Source: Candidatus Delongbacteria bacterium
Lineage (GTDB): Bacteria > CAIWAD01
Length of the DNA: 64,000 nt
Direction: 5' to 3'
NCBI GenBank assembly: GCA_963663545.1
Contig: OY760505.1
Span: forward strand, 3,232,001 to 3,296,000
In this document: positions 1 to 9,985 of the stretch, piece by piece
How positions within the stretch are numbered: position 1 is the first letter of the stretch
Layout of the letters: each line of letters opens with the position of its first letter
Notes under the pieces: model-generated
What the model was told of the DNA's origin: nothing
Database searches by the model: none
Seen by the model: only the letters and a program-made list of their open reading frames with translations
Program-made: the position numbers and the translations under genes

Positions 1-27
1 AGGCTGTGCGCGATGATCTGGCTGGTT

Positions 28-1230
28 TCACTCACTCTTGGCTTCCTTCACTGTTCCGTGGGGTTTGGGTTTGCCAGCTTGGGTCCGGTGCCCCTTCCAG
101 CTGTATCCGCCCAGACTTCCCCAAATGCCGTAAAGCACTGTCTGCAGTGGCTGCACCGGAAGTAGCAGCATCAGACGAAGGCGCTGCTGCCCCTCGTCCA
201 ACAGCCGGATGCCGATTTCGACCACGGGTACAAGAGTCAGCACCACCAGGCCAAGGGCTCCCAGCCAACACTTCAACAGCAGCAGACCAAGGGGTGCATT
301 GCCAAACAAGGGCAGCGCGCCAATGGCCAGGGGCGTGATACCCAGCATGCCGCTGAAGCCGACACCCAGCAACAGTTGGCGCACGCGCTCGGCTTGTTCC
401 AGCACAGGAATTTTGCCGTAACGTCGGCGCAGTTGCTGTCTGCGTGCCGCCGAATCTGTTGGCATGGTTGTTAGCACATGAGCTGACGAATTGCCCGCAT
501 AGCCGAAGCGTGCACCGCTGTGCACCAGGCGCCGTGTCAGGTGAACGTCGTCCCCGCTACCAAAACCCTCAAGGCCAGCATAGCCACCCGCGCGCTGCAA
601 AGCTTTGCGTTGCATGGCCCAGTTTCCTCCACGTGCGAAAGCGGGGTTCTGGCGGCCCACCCCAGAAAGCACTTGCAGGGAGGAGAGAAAACTCGATACC
701 GACTCCAGTGCGCCTGCCCAGCCGGGGCCAAGTACACGCACGTGACCGCAGCTGACATCTACCGGAACTGTGGCATCGGTCAGCAATTCCATGTGAGCGC
801 GTACCCAGCCCGGATTCGGTCTGCAATCCGCGTCGGTGAAAAGCAGCGGTCCGTCTTCTGCTGCGGCCACCGCCTGCGCCAATGCACGGATTTTGCCACG
901 ACCCTGACCGCGCAGCATCAGGCTGCCAGGCCACTGTACCAGAGCATTATGTATCACAGTGGCTGTGTCATCCGTAGAGGCGTCGTCTACAAGGATTAGA
1001 CGAAGCTGATCACGCGGCCAATCCTGAGCTGCCATGGCCTGGAAAAATGCTGGAAGGGTCTGGACCTCATTGCGCGCCGATACCAGCACTTGAACAAGAT
1101 CGGCGGCTGTGCGATCCGGCCTGGGTGCAGGACGCCGGTACAAGCGCCACAAACCACGCCCTTGATTGAAGAGTTCGCAGAGCAGAACTCCCAATCCGAG
1201 AAACAGCCAGCTGAGCAGGAGTGTCTTCAT
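28..1230 (-). CDS. Family 2 glycosyltransferase, membrane-anchored
   Basis: 400 aa ORF; N-terminal TM; GT2 motifs SARNE, VDDASTD, FTDADC, GDD and QxxRR; C-terminal TMs. Confidence 0.85.
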   Translation of the reverse strand: MKTLLLSWLFLGLGVLLCELFNQGRGLWRLYRRPAPRPDRTAADLVQVLVSARNEVQTLPAFFQAMAAQDWPRDQLRLILVDDASTDDTATVIHNALVQWPGSLMLRGQGRGKIRALAQAVAAAEDGPLLFTDADCRPNPGWVRAHMELLTDATVPVDVSCGHVRVLGPGWAGALESVSSFLSSLQVLSGVGRQNPAFARGGNWAMQRKALQRAGGYAGLEGFGSGDDVHLTRRLVHSGARFGYAGNSSAHVLTTMPTDSAARRQQLRRRYGKIPVLEQAERVRQLLLGVGFSGMLGITPLAIGALPLFGNAPLGLLLLKCWLGALGLVVLTLVPVVEIGIRLLDEGQQRLRLMLLLPVQPLQTVLYGIWGSLGGYSWKGHRTQAGKPKPHGTVKEAKSE

Positions 1231-1343
1231 GACGGCCTTTCCATGGATACACTAGAAGGTAAGGAAACTGTGGAAGCCTGTATCTGGAAGTGATGCCCTA
1301 CTTGACACAGTACGTCAAAGGTTCTATCTTATGCATCCTCGAT

Positions 1344-1427
1344 GGAGGAATAGTCCTAATTGGTAAGGCAGCGGTCTTGAAAACCGCCGGGCGCAAGCCC
1401 TTGGGGGTTCGAGTCCCCCTTCCTCCG
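1344..1427 (+). tRNA. tRNA-Ser (anticodon UGA)
   Basis: Acceptor stem GGAGGAA/TTCCTCC with discriminator G; anticodon arm GCGGT-CTTGAAA-ACCGC; long variable arm GGGC-GCAA-GCCC; T-loop GTTCGAGTC; CCA not encoded. Confidence 0.95.
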
Positions 1428-1450
1428 GTCCTCCACGAGGAAACCTCTTT

Positions 1451-1537
1451 GGAGAGGTGGCAGAGTGGCTTAATGCGCGCGCCTGCTAAGTGCGTGACGG
1501 CTAACCCCGTCCGAGGGTTCGAATCCCTCCCTCTCCG
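1451..1537 (+). tRNA. tRNA-Ser (anticodon GCU)
   Basis: Acceptor stem GGAGAGG/CCTCTCC with discriminator G; anticodon loop CTGCTAA; long variable arm; GGTTCGAATCC; CCA not encoded. Confidence 0.95.
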
Positions 1538-1545
1538 TACGAATG

Positions 1546-1581
1546 CGCAAATCCGCCCGCCGGGCGGATTTTTGCGTTTTT
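1546..1581 (+). terminator. Intrinsic terminator after the tRNA pair
   Basis: GCAAATCCGCCCG / CGGGCGGATTTTTGC hairpin followed by a T run. Confidence 0.75.
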
Positions 1582-2155
1582 GAACGGAGAGGAATAGAAA
1601 TGGTGCGTCGCGATAAGCGACGCCACTTCAGGGTAGTTTTGCGCGGGCAAATCAGTAGAAGGTCTGGTAGTCATTGTTCGCGCAAAACACACGTACTTGT
1701 GGTGCAAGTCCGCTTCCTCCCTCTCCATACGAATGAACCCGCTCTTAGTCGTTTTTTTTCGTACTCGTGTGGAATCAAAATTGTCCGCCACGGACTCGGT
1801 CTCGAGGCTGCAAATTGCTGAGTCGCAAGACCCAGATGCCGTGACACATTGATTCGGGGCAGCAACACCGCGATTCCGTCTGCGAAACTGGAAAGGGAGA
1901 GGCAGGGTTTGCGCAAGGACGAATTTCAGGAACTAAGACCTCGCTGAAGCGCGACCCCGGTAGGGGGGGGGCGGTCGATGGATCGCGGCGCGACGGGAAT
2001 CACGATACAGACGAATCTCGATCTCGGGAGTCCGCTCCGGCAGCATGGGCTTCAGTGGGTTGCTTACCCGATTGCGCGCCACTTGCCAATGAATACAGCT
2101 GGCGTTTTCACCGATAGTAATGCTGTCACTTTTCCTGGACCAAGCTGAGGTTCTC

Positions 2156-3352
2156 ATGAAGATTGCATCTGCCTGTTCATCGCAGCAGGACACGCAGCAA
2201 GCACTGGTGGAAGCCTTCGGAGAGTTGTGCAGCAAGCTGGGCGGCGCGCCCAGTTTTCTTTTTTGTCACCCCACGGCGGAACACGACATCGAGCAACTGG
2301 TGGAGGATTTGGCTAGCATTGCGCCCGGCGTTCCCGTGCACGGCGCGACCAGTTGCCAGGGAATCATGACCGAGGAGCGTCTTGTCTTTGCCGGCGGCTA
2401 TGGTCTTGGTCTGTTGGGCTTGCTGGATGAGGACGGCGGCTACGGCGTTGGCTTCTGCGAGCTGGGCGATGATCCCCGTGACTCTGCTCGCAAGGCTTTG
2501 AACATGGCCCTGGCAAACGCTGGTCGCGAGGGACAGGCACCGGACGCAGTCTGGATGACCAGTATGCCCAACGCCGAGGAGCAAGTGCTCTTAGGCATCC
2601 AAGAGGTCGTTGGCGCACAGGTGCCTGTGCTGGGTGGAAGCTCCGCCGACAATAGCGTGCAGGGACACTGGCGGCAGTTTACGTCCAGCCAGCTCTCGTC
2701 CACGGCGATGGTGATTTCGGTGCTCTTTTCCACTTCGGACATCGGACACGCCTTTCACAGCGGCTACTCGCCCACGAAATACAAGGGGAGTATCACACGG
2801 GCTGAGGGGCGCGTATTGTGGGAAATTGAGGGCAAACCCGCGATCGAGGTGTACGATGCCTGGACCGGAGGCAGGCTACGTGAGCAACTGCACAGCAAGG
2901 AGCCACTGCTTCTGCATACTACGCTGAATCCCTTGGGGCGACAGGCTGGCGAGGCCATGGGCCTTCCGTACTACATGCTTTCCCATCCCGCTGGAGTAGT
3001 GGAGGGCGGTGGCCTGAGTCTGTTTACCGAAATGCGAGTTGGCGAAGAGGTCGTACTGATGGAAGGCAGCCTGGACAGCCTTGTAACACGCGCAGGTCGT
3101 GTTGTAGAGAGTGCGGTTCAGGAGTGCGATGTGTACGCGGAAGCCGTCGCCGGAGGCGTGCTCGTCTACTGCGCAGGTTGCATGCTGACGGTAATGGATC
3201 GCATGGAGCAGGTGCGCGAAGAGGTGAATCAGGCCATGGGGGGCAAACCCTTCCTTGGCATCTTCACTTTTGGTGAGCAGGGCTGCGTACGCGAGGGGGA
3301 CAACCGGCATGGCAATCTGATGATTTCTTTCATGGCATTTGGTGAGCAATGA
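2156..3352 (+). CDS. FIST N/C domain sensory protein (NosP-like)
   Basis: Motifs HGATSCQG, GGSSADN, YCAGC, FTFGEQG and HGNLM; ATG at 2156 follows GAGG (ORF track starts at 2120). Confidence 0.85.
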   Translation: MKIASACSSQQDTQQALVEAFGELCSKLGGAPSFLFCHPTAEHDIEQLVEDLASIAPGVPVHGATSCQGIMTEERLVFAGGYGLGLLGLLDEDGGYGVGFCELGDDPRDSARKALNMALANAGREGQAPDAVWMTSMPNAEEQVLLGIQEVVGAQVPVLGGSSADNSVQGHWRQFTSSQLSSTAMVISVLFSTSDIGHAFHSGYSPTKYKGSITRAEGRVLWEIEGKPAIEVYDAWTGGRLREQLHSKEPLLLHTTLNPLGRQAGEAMGLPYYMLSHPAGVVEGGGLSLFTEMRVGEEVVLMEGSLDSLVTRAGRVVESAVQECDVYAEAVAGGVLVYCAGCMLTVMDRMEQVREEVNQAMGGKPFLGIFTFGEQGCVREGDNRHGNLMISFMAFGEQ

Positions 3353-5097
3353 GCCAGGATGAATCACGCAAACACGAGGAACTGCAGGACGTAGTCCTCA
3401 CGCTCGAGCGTGCACTGGCGCGCGAGCGTGTGTTACGCACAGAGCACGATGCGCTGCTGGGAGTACTGGGATCCATCGCCCGGGCGCCTTCGCGCGATGT
3501 GTTACTGGTGACCCTGTTTTCACGGCTGCAGGCGGTCGTTACCTACAAGAAAGTGGCCGCAATCTGCCTCGATCCCAATACCAATGCTCGTGTGTTGTAC
3601 ACGACCGATGACAACACTGCCCGCGCCGTGATACAACAGACCAAACTTCTAGAGCGGGCTGCATCAGGAAAGCCAATTCATGTCTTTGATGCCAGCCGCT
3701 TGGCGCGTGATACAATTGATGACTCAGTACCTATGCAGGGATCGTTGCTCCTGGCGAGCTTGATGCGCGCCGAACGCAGGATCATTGCCGTACTGGCGCA
3801 TCCGGAATGCAGTCACTTCGAGAAGCTGCATCTGCGTTTGATGCAAAGTGTCGGGCTTGTGACCGACCAGTTGCTTCAAGGCATGGAACTGGCCAACCGG
3901 GCGCACGAGAATGAGCTGAAGTATCGTACGCTCGTGGAGTACGCCAGCGATGGTATCGGTATCACAAAGGATTGCAATCTCGTTTATCTCAACCCGCGTC
4001 TGGTCGAACTGCTGGGTCTGCCGCGCAGCCGGTTGATGGAACAGCGTTTCGATTCCTTTGTTGAGCCAATGGATCTTGAGTCCTTCCAACGGCAGAAACT
4101 GCGTCTGCTGGAGGACCGTGCCGCGGATCGTTCCGTCGAGATCCGCTTGCTCAACGGTCGTGGACAGCAGCTCTTTGTCGAGTTCAATACTGCCCGCATC
4201 ATCTACGAAAAGCAAGCGGCCGAACTGATCATTGTGCGCGACATCACCGGACGCAAGTCCATGCAGGAACAACTCTCGCAGACGCGCAAACTGGAGGCAA
4301 TCGGTCAGCTGGCTGCCGGTGTAGCACACGAAATCAACACACCGGTGCAGTACATCGGCGACAACCTGCACTTCCTGCAGGAGGAATCGAAGAATGTGTT
4401 GTCGGTGATGCAGCTTGCCCGGGAGCTGTCGGAGGCCGAAGGTGATACAGAGGAATTGCGTAAGCGCTTGCGGGAAGAACTGGAAGAGTTGGAGTTTGAG
4501 GACCTTCATGAACAGTACATGGAGGCCATTGCCGACTCCCTCACGGGCGTGCGACGTGTTACAGAGATCGTTAGTGCCATGCGTCAGTTCAGTCATCCTG
4601 GCGGCAAAGAGCGCTCGATGGTGGACCTGAACAAGGTGATACAAGAAGCCTTTACTGTGACACGCAATTACTGGAAGTACGAGGCGGAAGCAGACTTGGA
4701 TCTGGCCGAGGATCTTCCATTGCTGATGTGCTACGCGGGTGAACTCAGCCAGGTGTTACTGAACCTCATCATCAATGCGGGTGATGCAATCAAGGCCAGG
4801 CGCGAAGAGGATCGATCGGTGAAGGGCAAGCTATACGTGAGTACGCGCCTGGTGGAGCGCGCCATCGAGCTGCGTTTGCGGGACAATGGCACTGGCATTC
4901 CTGCGAAGCACCGCGAGCGCGTTTTCGACCCCTTCTTCACAACTAAGGAAATCGGTCAGGGAACCGGACAAGGCCTTTCCATTGTCTTCAATGCCATTGT
5001 GAATCACCTGGGAGGCAAGATCGAGCTGGAATCCGAAGAAGGCGTTGGCACCGAGTTCATCATTCGATTCCCGTTGGATTTGGAAGAAGAGGAATAG
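3349..5097 (+). CDS. PAS-domain sensor histidine kinase
   Basis: PAS; H-box AHEINTP; N-box NLIINA; DNGTG, FFTTK and GTGQGL; ATGA overlap with the FIST gene. Confidence 0.9.
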   Translation: MSQDESRKHEELQDVVLTLERALARERVLRTEHDALLGVLGSIARAPSRDVLLVTLFSRLQAVVTYKKVAAICLDPNTNARVLYTTDDNTARAVIQQTKLLERAASGKPIHVFDASRLARDTIDDSVPMQGSLLLASLMRAERRIIAVLAHPECSHFEKLHLRLMQSVGLVTDQLLQGMELANRAHENELKYRTLVEYASDGIGITKDCNLVYLNPRLVELLGLPRSRLMEQRFDSFVEPMDLESFQRQKLRLLEDRAADRSVEIRLLNGRGQQLFVEFNTARIIYEKQAAELIIVRDITGRKSMQEQLSQTRKLEAIGQLAAGVAHEINTPVQYIGDNLHFLQEESKNVLSVMQLARELSEAEGDTEELRKRLREELEELEFEDLHEQYMEAIADSLTGVRRVTEIVSAMRQFSHPGGKERSMVDLNKVIQEAFTVTRNYWKYEAEADLDLAEDLPLLMCYAGELSQVLLNLIINAGDAIKARREEDRSVKGKLYVSTRLVERAIELRLRDNGTGIPAKHRERVFDPFFTTKEIGQGTGQGLSIVFNAIVNHLGGKIELESEEGVGTEFIIRFPLDLEEEE

Positions 5098-5170
5098 AAG
5101 CGCAGGGTTTTGCTCTTTCGCCTGACAAGCCGTTGTTTGCCAGAGGAGAGGAAACAACAAGGGCTGCCCA

Positions 5171-6646
5171 ATGACATTCCGCGTATCACAGACTACACTA
5201 CTGCTACTTCTGATTTTCAACCTTTCTCTTCATGCCCAGTGCCTTCTCAATAACCCGTCGTTCGAGGTGGGAAGCCAAGAGTCCGAGCTTTTTGCTGCCT
5301 GGGATGTCGAAGGCCAGGTGCTGGCTGACTCGGTGGCAAGGCATGGTCAGCGCGCTGTGAGCATCGTGGGAGGAAGTGCCGGAGCGGGTGAGGCCGTCGG
5401 CTTGTGGCAGGAGTTGGAATGCGATCCAGCGGACACATGGTCGATAACCGGCTGGCTGAAGACGAGTTCCGTTTGGCCGCTCCTGGATGGAGACCGCGCT
5501 TTGCTACGCCTGGAATGGCTGAACGCTACCGCGCAAGTACTCGCCGATACTTCACTCTCATTGGCGAACGCCAGCACATCCACATGCGTCTACCGGCAAT
5601 TCACGGTGTTGACACCGGCAGCGCCCCTGGCGTGTTCGCGGTTGCGCCTAATGCCCGCTGTGATACAGACGCTGGTGGATCACGAATCGCGTGTTTCCTT
5701 TGATCAACTGGAAGCGCTGCCTGGCGTCGTTGATATCGAGCATGAGCAGTGGCAGGATTTCCCCGGCGGTCGCGTGATCCAATTCAGCGGTTACGATTGG
5801 CGTGTCAAAGGTCCCGGATGGTATGCGCCCGGTCCCTCCTGGTTCAGCGATGATGTGTCACAGCTTTTTGTTGACGAGAGCGGCGCGCTGCATTTGCGCG
5901 TGCAGCAGATGGGGGATACATGGACTTCCTGCGAACTGGTCCTGGCAGAACCCCTTGGCTATGGTGATTACGTCTTCACCTTTGTGGGTGATCTGGGGCA
6001 ACTTGATCCGCACGTGATACTGGGACTCTTTCTCTGGCAGTATCCCGCATGTTGGGACGAAGCCAGCATGTGGTGGAATCCCGCCTGCGAAATCGATGTG
6101 GAGCTGGGTCGCTGGGGAGATGCGCAAAGCGAGCTGGCGCAGTTTGTAGTACAGCCCTGGGATTGGGAAGGGAATCGCCTGCGCTTCGCCGTTCCCGCAG
6201 ACCTTGTGACACAAAGTAGCTATGCCTTTCGCTGGTTGCCCGATCGAGTCGAGTTTCGCGCCTGGCGGGGTGACGCCGCAGCCGAGAATCAGGGCACGCG
6301 TTTTTGTAGCTGGACCTACCAGGGGCCGCATCTGCCGCGACCTGAGCGTGCGCGGGTTCATCTCAACCTGTGGCAGCTGCTACAACCGCCAGCGCAGGAG
6401 CAGGAAGTAGTGATCTCAGACTTTCGCTTTCTGCCCGCCCAAGGAGAGTGTGCCAGACTCGCCATCGAGAGTGAAGGCAGTGCATTGAGTCTGAGTTGGC
6501 AAGGACCCGGCTGGGCTAACGTGTATCACGTCTATCAAAGCTCCAGTCAAAATGGACCCTGGCAGTGCATCCAAAGTCTGCGGGGAACAAGTCTTCGGCT
6601 CGGCATTCAGCAGCACCGGGCATTCTACCGTGTAAGCTGGGAGTAA
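5171..6646 (+). CDS. Secreted CBM-like + GH16-like glycoside hydrolase
   Basis: Signal peptide; NPSFE CBM-like domain; GH16-type ExDxE (EIDVE); C-terminal small beta module. Confidence 0.65.
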   Translation: MTFRVSQTTLLLLLIFNLSLHAQCLLNNPSFEVGSQESELFAAWDVEGQVLADSVARHGQRAVSIVGGSAGAGEAVGLWQELECDPADTWSITGWLKTSSVWPLLDGDRALLRLEWLNATAQVLADTSLSLANASTSTCVYRQFTVLTPAAPLACSRLRLMPAVIQTLVDHESRVSFDQLEALPGVVDIEHEQWQDFPGGRVIQFSGYDWRVKGPGWYAPGPSWFSDDVSQLFVDESGALHLRVQQMGDTWTSCELVLAEPLGYGDYVFTFVGDLGQLDPHVILGLFLWQYPACWDEASMWWNPACEIDVELGRWGDAQSELAQFVVQPWDWEGNRLRFAVPADLVTQSSYAFRWLPDRVEFRAWRGDAAAENQGTRFCSWTYQGPHLPRPERARVHLNLWQLLQPPAQEQEVVISDFRFLPAQGECARLAIESEGSALSLSWQGPGWANVYHVYQSSSQNGPWQCIQSLRGTSLRLGIQQHRAFYRVSWE

Positions 6647-6723
6647 GCAAGCCGCAGTAGCGCGGAGAAGAATAGCCTTCAAAGCTGTGTTCTGCCCTTT
6701 TTGTCAATTCCCGCGAATTCTCC

Positions 6724-6773
6724 TTGACATATCGCTCGCCCTAGCTGTACTTTGTTCGCCAGACGAACAAAGC
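6724..6773 (+). promoter_or_regulatory. Sigma70 promoter with overlapping ROK-type operator
   Basis: TTGACA-N18-TACTTT; palindrome CTTTGTTCG-N5-CGAACAAAG at 6750-6772. Confidence 0.8.
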
Positions 6774-6804
6774 GACCTGGCGAGGGTCGTTCAGAAGGAA
6801 GGAA

Positions 6805-7971
6805 ATGCTCGTGCTCTTGGGATTCCTTAGTTATAAGAAGCCATCAGGAATCATAAGAGGTTATAATACCAAGAGGATAGCTCTTGGCTTCTGCGGCTGG
6901 GCCTTCTTCATCGCTTTGCTGTTCGCGGGCAGTACGAAGGGGCTGTGGGCACAGACCTGCGATGAGGTTGAAACACATTCGACCCCGTCAGCTTTGCGCT
7001 CTTTTCAGCCGCAACTCAACGGACAGCGCTTACTGGAAGGCGTCGCTTACGGACCGCATCGCGCGGGTCAATCCCCCGATGGCCTGCAACCCTCCGATGC
7101 TGAACTGCTGGAAGACCTTCGTCTTATCGCCGCGCGCTGGTCGCTGTTGCGCGTGTACAATGCCGACGACGGCTCGGCGCACATGCTTTCGCTGATCCGC
7201 GAGAATCATCTTCCGTTGCAGATGATGCTGGGTGTCTGGCTGGAGCCGGAGGAGAGCCAAGCGGCGAAGAGCGAGGCCAATCGGCGCAATGTGACACGCG
7301 CCATCGAGTTGGCGCGCGAGTATCCCGAACTGGTGGCTGCGGTTTGCGCGGGCAATGAAACCCAGGTCTACTGGTCCTGGCACCGCATGGATAGTAATGT
7401 CCTGCTGAGCTATTTGCGTCAGGTGCGCGAGGCCATTGCCCAGCCCGTCACTACGGCAGACGACTACAACTTCTGGAACAAGCCGGAGAGCCTTCCGGTG
7501 GCCGCGCAGGTGGACTTCCTCTGCGTACACGCGCATCCGCTGTGGAACAGCCGGGAGCACGATAGCAGCACACGCTGGCTGCAGAGCGTGTTGGACGATG
7601 TCCGCGAACTGCATTCCGGCAAGCCCCTTGTGCTGGGCGAGACCGGCTGGGCAACCGACTACGATTCCACGCGCGTGGGCAACGGAGAACAGGGTACGCT
7701 GATGACCGGCGAAGTCAGTGAGCGCGCCCAGGGTGAGTTTCTGTTGAACCTTAGCGACTGGATCTACGAGAGCAACACGCTCTGCTTCCTCTTCGAGGCT
7801 TTTGACGAAGCCTGGAAGGGCGGCGGCAGTGCCTCCAGTCCGCGTGACGCGGAGAAACACTGGGGCGTGTATTACGAAAACCGCCGGCCCAAACCCTCCT
7901 TTGCCGCTTATGCGCGCCGGGGCCGCAACAACGAAATGAACAATGAACCCTTGGAAGTGAGGAAACCATGA
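6805..7971 (+). CDS. GH17-like beta-1,3-glucanase/glucanosyltransferase
   Basis: VAYGP, LLRVY, AGNE (acid/base), GETGW (nucleophile), FEAFDEAWK, EKHWG; start codon uncertain. Confidence 0.8.
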   Translation: MLVLLGFLSYKKPSGIIRGYNTKRIALGFCGWAFFIALLFAGSTKGLWAQTCDEVETHSTPSALRSFQPQLNGQRLLEGVAYGPHRAGQSPDGLQPSDAELLEDLRLIAARWSLLRVYNADDGSAHMLSLIRENHLPLQMMLGVWLEPEESQAAKSEANRRNVTRAIELAREYPELVAAVCAGNETQVYWSWHRMDSNVLLSYLRQVREAIAQPVTTADDYNFWNKPESLPVAAQVDFLCVHAHPLWNSREHDSSTRWLQSVLDDVRELHSGKPLVLGETGWATDYDSTRVGNGEQGTLMTGEVSERAQGEFLLNLSDWIYESNTLCFLFEAFDEAWKGGGSASSPRDAEKHWGVYYENRRPKPSFAAYARRGRNNEMNNEPLEVRKP

Positions 7972-9902
7972 ACAAGCGATTTCCGCTGCTGGCCGCTACC
8001 ACCCTTCTGATCGGTATGACTGCGGCTCAGGCACAGGTGGCTCCGGTGGATTTCGAAACCGGTGGCCATGGCGCCAACTGGACCTGGACCGTCTTTGAAA
8101 ACGACACTAATCCGGCCGTTCAGATCGTCTCCAACCCCGCGCCGGGCGGAGTCAATACCTCATCGACGGTGGCGCTCTTTACCGCCTTGCAGTCGGGCAA
8201 TCCCTGGGCGGGTTGTGAAACACAGCACGGCTCCGACATCGGCACTTTCTCGCTTGACGAAACCAACTGCACTGTGCGTGTGATGGTCTACAAAACCGAG
8301 ATCAGCAACGTCGGCGTCAAGTTTGCCAAAGCCGACGGCTCTGCAGCCAACGAGCTGCTGGTGGCCAATACGCTGGTCAACCAGTGGGAAGAGCTGGTCT
8401 TTGATTTCTCCGGCCGCATCGGCGATCCGCTTTCCACGAACATCGACCAGTTCATCCTTTTCCCCGACTTCAACATGGATGGCCGCGCCCAGGACAACCT
8501 GATCTACTACGACAATATCAGCTTCGGCGAGATGCTCGAGAGCGATGCGCCCGAAACCGCTGCGCCGACACCGTCCTTTGCGGCTGCAAATGTGATTTCG
8601 CTGTTCAGCGACGCCTACACGAACGTCACTGTCGACACTTGGTCGGCGGACTGGGACCAGGCCGATGTGGGCGAGGTGCAGATTGAGGGCAACGCAACCA
8701 AGCGCTATTCGAATCTGGTCTATGCCGGTATTGAGTTCACATCCGAGACCATTGATGCCACCGGCATGACCAGCTTCTACATGGATATCTGGACCCCCGA
8801 CGCCGTGGACGCCTCGTCCGCCTTCAATATCAAGCTGGTGGATTTCGGCGCTGATGGTGTGTGGAGTGGCGGTGATGATGTGGAGCACGAGCTGGTGTTC
8901 AACACAACCAGCAGCCCGGCGCTGGCCAGCGGTCAGTGGATCACCTTCAATCTGCCGCTAAGCAATTTCAGTGGTCTTGTAACACGCGGCCACATGGCGC
9001 AGCTTGTCATTGGCGGTTCACTGCCCAACGTCTATGTCGACAACGTGCTCTTCCACAACTCCGAAGTGGTAATTCCCGAACCCACTGTGGCCGCGCCGAC
9101 GCCGACCGTCGAGACCGAGGCGGTGCTCTCCCTGTTCAGCAACGCCTACAGCAATGTGAGTGTGGATACCTGGTCTACGGAGTGGGATGTGGCGGATGTG
9201 GCTGACATTCAGGTGGCGGGCAACGATACCAAGCTCTACACCAATCTGGTGTACGCGGGTATCGAGTTCAGCAGCCAGACCCTTAACGCCAGCAGCATGA
9301 CCCATTTTCACATGGATCTGTGGACGCCTTCGGCCACTTCGCTGCCCAACACCTTCAAAATCAAGTTGGTGGACTTCGGCGCGGATGGCGTGTACGACGG
9401 CGGTGACGATGTTGAGCACGAACTGACCCTTGATGCATCCAGCGGCCTGATCAGCGAGGGCTGGCTCGGCATCAATGTGCCGTTGAGCGAGTTTACGGCG
9501 CTAACCACACGCGGCCATCTGGCGCAGCTGATTCTGTCGGGCACACTGTCGACGATCTACCTGGACAACATTTACTTCTACGATGAGACGCTGGATGTGG
9601 AAGCGCCCGTGACACAGCCTGCCTTGTATCACCTGGGCGACAACTATCCCAATCCTTTCAACCCCGGTACGACCATCAGCTTCAGCACAAGTCAGCCGGC
9701 CCACGTGGAACTGAGTGTCTTTGATCTGCTGGGCAACCGCGTCGCCACGCTTATGGACAGCGATAGCCCCGCCACTCGTCGCGAGCTCTACTGGAACGGC
9801 CGTGATGCGCAGGGCCGCGCGCTGGCTAACGGTGTGTACTTCTATCAGCTTAGCCTGGACGGCCAGCCGGTGGAAACACACCGCATGCTGATGCTTAAAT
9901 AG
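7968..9902 (+). CDS. Secreted multi-CBM glucan-binding protein with T9SS/FlgD-like C-terminal tail
   Basis: Signal peptide; one distinct N-terminal CBM-like domain plus 2 copies of the SLFSDAY..VDTWS..KLVDFG..GGDD module; NYPNPFNP tail. Confidence 0.75.
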   Translation: MNKRFPLLAATTLLIGMTAAQAQVAPVDFETGGHGANWTWTVFENDTNPAVQIVSNPAPGGVNTSSTVALFTALQSGNPWAGCETQHGSDIGTFSLDETNCTVRVMVYKTEISNVGVKFAKADGSAANELLVANTLVNQWEELVFDFSGRIGDPLSTNIDQFILFPDFNMDGRAQDNLIYYDNISFGEMLESDAPETAAPTPSFAAANVISLFSDAYTNVTVDTWSADWDQADVGEVQIEGNATKRYSNLVYAGIEFTSETIDATGMTSFYMDIWTPDAVDASSAFNIKLVDFGADGVWSGGDDVEHELVFNTTSSPALASGQWITFNLPLSNFSGLVTRGHMAQLVIGGSLPNVYVDNVLFHNSEVVIPEPTVAAPTPTVETEAVLSLFSNAYSNVSVDTWSTEWDVADVADIQVAGNDTKLYTNLVYAGIEFSSQTLNASSMTHFHMDLWTPSATSLPNTFKIKLVDFGADGVYDGGDDVEHELTLDASSGLISEGWLGINVPLSEFTALTTRGHLAQLILSGTLSTIYLDNIYFYDETLDVEAPVTQPALYHLGDNYPNPFNPGTTISFSTSQPAHVELSVFDLLGNRVATLMDSDSPATRRELYWNGRDAQGRALANGVYFYQLSLDGQPVETHRMLMLK

Positions 9903-9985
9903 TCCTCTATGTTACACCGGTCGCAGCCGGTGGCGTATCACGCGTCACCGGCTCTGCGGCCTTTCGGCAATGACGCCGCACGATT

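Noticed and set aside
1344..1427. Possible selenocysteine or suppressor tRNA because of the atypical D-arm
   Set aside because: The anticodon is UGA (reads UCA, Ser), not UCA, and the acceptor stem is 7 bp
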